A DNA stretch of 17,272 nucleotides from an uncultured bacterium (GTDB taxonomy: Bacteria > Hydrogenedentota > Hydrogenedentia > Hydrogenedentales > JAEUWI01), in contig CAXBPH010000145.1 of assembly GCA_963977445.1 (NCBI GenBank), positions 1-17,272 on the forward strand, given 5' to 3'. The notes under the pieces were generated by a model. The model was not told the DNA's origin and did no database searches. It saw only the letters and a list, made by a program, of their open reading frames with translations. Position numbers and translations under genes: made by a program. This document shows positions 15,748 to 17,272 of the stretch, piece by piece (the first letter of the stretch is position 1; each line of letters begins with the position of its first letter).

Positions 15748-17272
15748 TTACTTCTCAGGTCCATCCAGTGGAAGAAACACGCTGAATCGTGTAGACACAT
15801 CAACCTCGCTGTTCACCTCGAAGAATCCCCCGTGATCTTTTACGATGCCATCGGAAACAGAAAGGCCCAGGCCCGTCCCCTTGTCCCGCCCTTTGGTCGT
15901 GAAAAACGGATCAAAAATTCGTTGTCGGGTGGACTCGGTCATGCCCGTCCCCCAATCGTCCACCGTCATCATGAGAAAAGGGCACCCGTTGCGAAAAATC
16001 GGTCTTGTGGCGATTGCCATCCTCTTTTCCGGGTCACTCTCCGGGTACCGGTCATCAAGTGCGTGTACCGCATTGATAATGAGGTTCATTAACACCTGTT
16101 GCAACTGTTCTGGACGGCAGCGTATACGGGGCAACGTATCAGGCAATTGGAGGTCCAATGCTATATGGGATTTTTCGATCTTTTTTCGACTGAGGGAAAG
16201 CACCGACTCCACGACATCATGGATGGACGCGTAGGAGTACTGCTCGCACTTCTGCCGCGAAAAAGTGAGGAGATTCTTGACGATCGTAGCGACCCGATCG
16301 GCTTCCGAGCGAATCAGCTCGGCAAATTGCCTGTCGGGCGAATCCAGGGGCATATTCTTGAGCAGAATGTCGGCACAATTCATGACGCCGTTAATCGGAT
16401 TATTGATCTCATGGCCTACACCGGCCGCCAACTCGCCAATCGATGCCAGTTTGGAGGCCTGGATTACCTGTGCTTCCGCTTCCCGACGCTCCACAGCCTC
16501 GCCCAGCGTCCGCGCGATGGCCTCTATCATGGCGCAGTCTTCCCGGAGCAGTTTTCCCGATATCCCCTCTTCCACGGCCTCTCGGTAAACCAACTCCAAC
16601 TTGCCGCGATTTCGGCCCCCCACTATTATGGGAGCACTAAAGGTCCAGGAGGTGGTTTTTACCATTATTTCTTCATAGACTTGTCCATCAAACACAATGC
16701 GCGCCCGGGTAATCTCGGGATAGGTGCACGCCGGCCGGACCAGTTGCGCCACAGACCGAAACACGTCTGTTTCGACCGCTTGCTCCCGTATTACTTCGCC
16801 GACACTATAGAGACACAAAATTTTCTTGTTGCGCTCTTTCAGTTCGCCCAGCAATCGCTCCTGTTCCTGGCGCGCCTTAAATTCCACGGAAATATCCCGG
16901 AGTAACCCCGAGTAGTATCGGTGTCCGTCAATACATACTTCGCTGATGGATAAATGAACCGGGATGGCAGAGCCGTTTCTGTGCTGACCGGTAACTTCGC
17001 GGCCAATGCCGATAATTCGCCGCACCCCGGTCTCGTGATAATTACGAATGTAACTGTCGTGATGGATGGATACCTCTTCGGGCATTATCATGCGGACATT
17101 CTGACCCAGCAATTCTTCTCGGCTGAACCCAAACATACGCTGAGAAGCCAGGTTCGTCTCGAGAATAATGCCGGCCTCGTCTATCGTGATAATCGCATCG
17201 ATGGTGCTCTCCACCAAACCGCGAACCCAGACATCGCTCGCCCGAGTCGTTATCAACGAAGATACGATATCT
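15748..17272 (-). CDS. sensor histidine kinase with FixL-like PAS, a GAF-like domain, HisKA and HATPase (5' end probably outside the window)
   Basis: H box [12 protein letters not shown] box [34 protein letters not shown]. The PAS contains HDSYI...IIGIGR. The frame stays open from 17256 to the window edge (DIVSSLIT). Confidence 0.93.
   Translation of the reverse strand, partial: DIVSSLITTRASDVWVRGLVESTIDAIITIDEAGIILETNLASQRMFGFSREELLGQNVRMIMPEEVSIHHDSYIRNYHETGVRRIIGIGREVTGQHRNGSAIPVHLSISEVCIDGHRYYSGLLRDISVEFKARQEQERLLGELKERNKKILCLYSVGEVIREQAVETDVFRSVAQLVRPACTYPEITRARIVFDGQVYEEIMVKTTSWTFSAPIIVGGRNRGKLELVYREAVEEGISGKLLREDCAMIEAIARTLGEAVERREAEAQVIQASKLASIGELAAGVGHEINNPINGVMNCADILLKNMPLDSPDRQFAELIRSEADRVATIVKNLLTFSRQKCEQYSYASIHDVVESVLSLSRKKIEKSHIALDLQLPDTLPRIRCRPEQLQQVLMNLIINAVHALDDRYPESDPEKRMAIATRPIFRNGCPFLMMTVDDWGTGMTESTRQRIFDPFFTTKGRDKGTGLGLSVSDGIVKDHGGFFEVNSEVDVSTRFSVFLPLDGPEK

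Noticed and set aside
1..17272. CRISPR array, tRNA/rRNA, transposase/integrase or defence-system genes
   Set aside because: I saw no regularly spaced repeats, RNA-gene signatures, or recombinase/nuclease motifs. The intergenic spacers are all under 300 bp.

Overview
Bacterial chromosomal window of moderately high GC. I found no rRNA, tRNA, CRISPR array or recognisable mobile element. The left part (1-6635) is a carbohydrate and sulfate catabolic region: the 5' end of a secreted beta-helix-type enzyme missed by the ORF track, an AraC regulator, and a divergent operon of a GH88-like unsaturated glucuronyl hydrolase, a Gfo/Idh/MocA oxidoreductase and an SDR. A 21-bp-spaced AraC-type direct repeat precedes that operon. 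A small acidic protein and a secreted Cys-type sulfatase follow, ending in a strong terminator. The middle (6742-9786, minus strand) holds an OPT-family transporter, an orphan ribbon-helix-helix-like protein and a histidine phosphatase. The right part holds an acyl-CoA synthetase (NDP-forming)/GNAT fusion (Pat/Pka type) preceded by a near-consensus sigma54 promoter and a palindromic candidate enhancer, a secreted beta-propeller protein flanked by a 13-bp direct repeat, and a two-component pair. That pair is a sigma54 activator (REC-PAS-AAA+-HTH) and a histidine kinase with a FixL-like heme-PAS domain. The best candidate new system is an O2/heme-sensing kinase -> sigma54 activator -> Pat-type enzyme circuit. 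The second is a KduI-independent route for unsaturated uronates.
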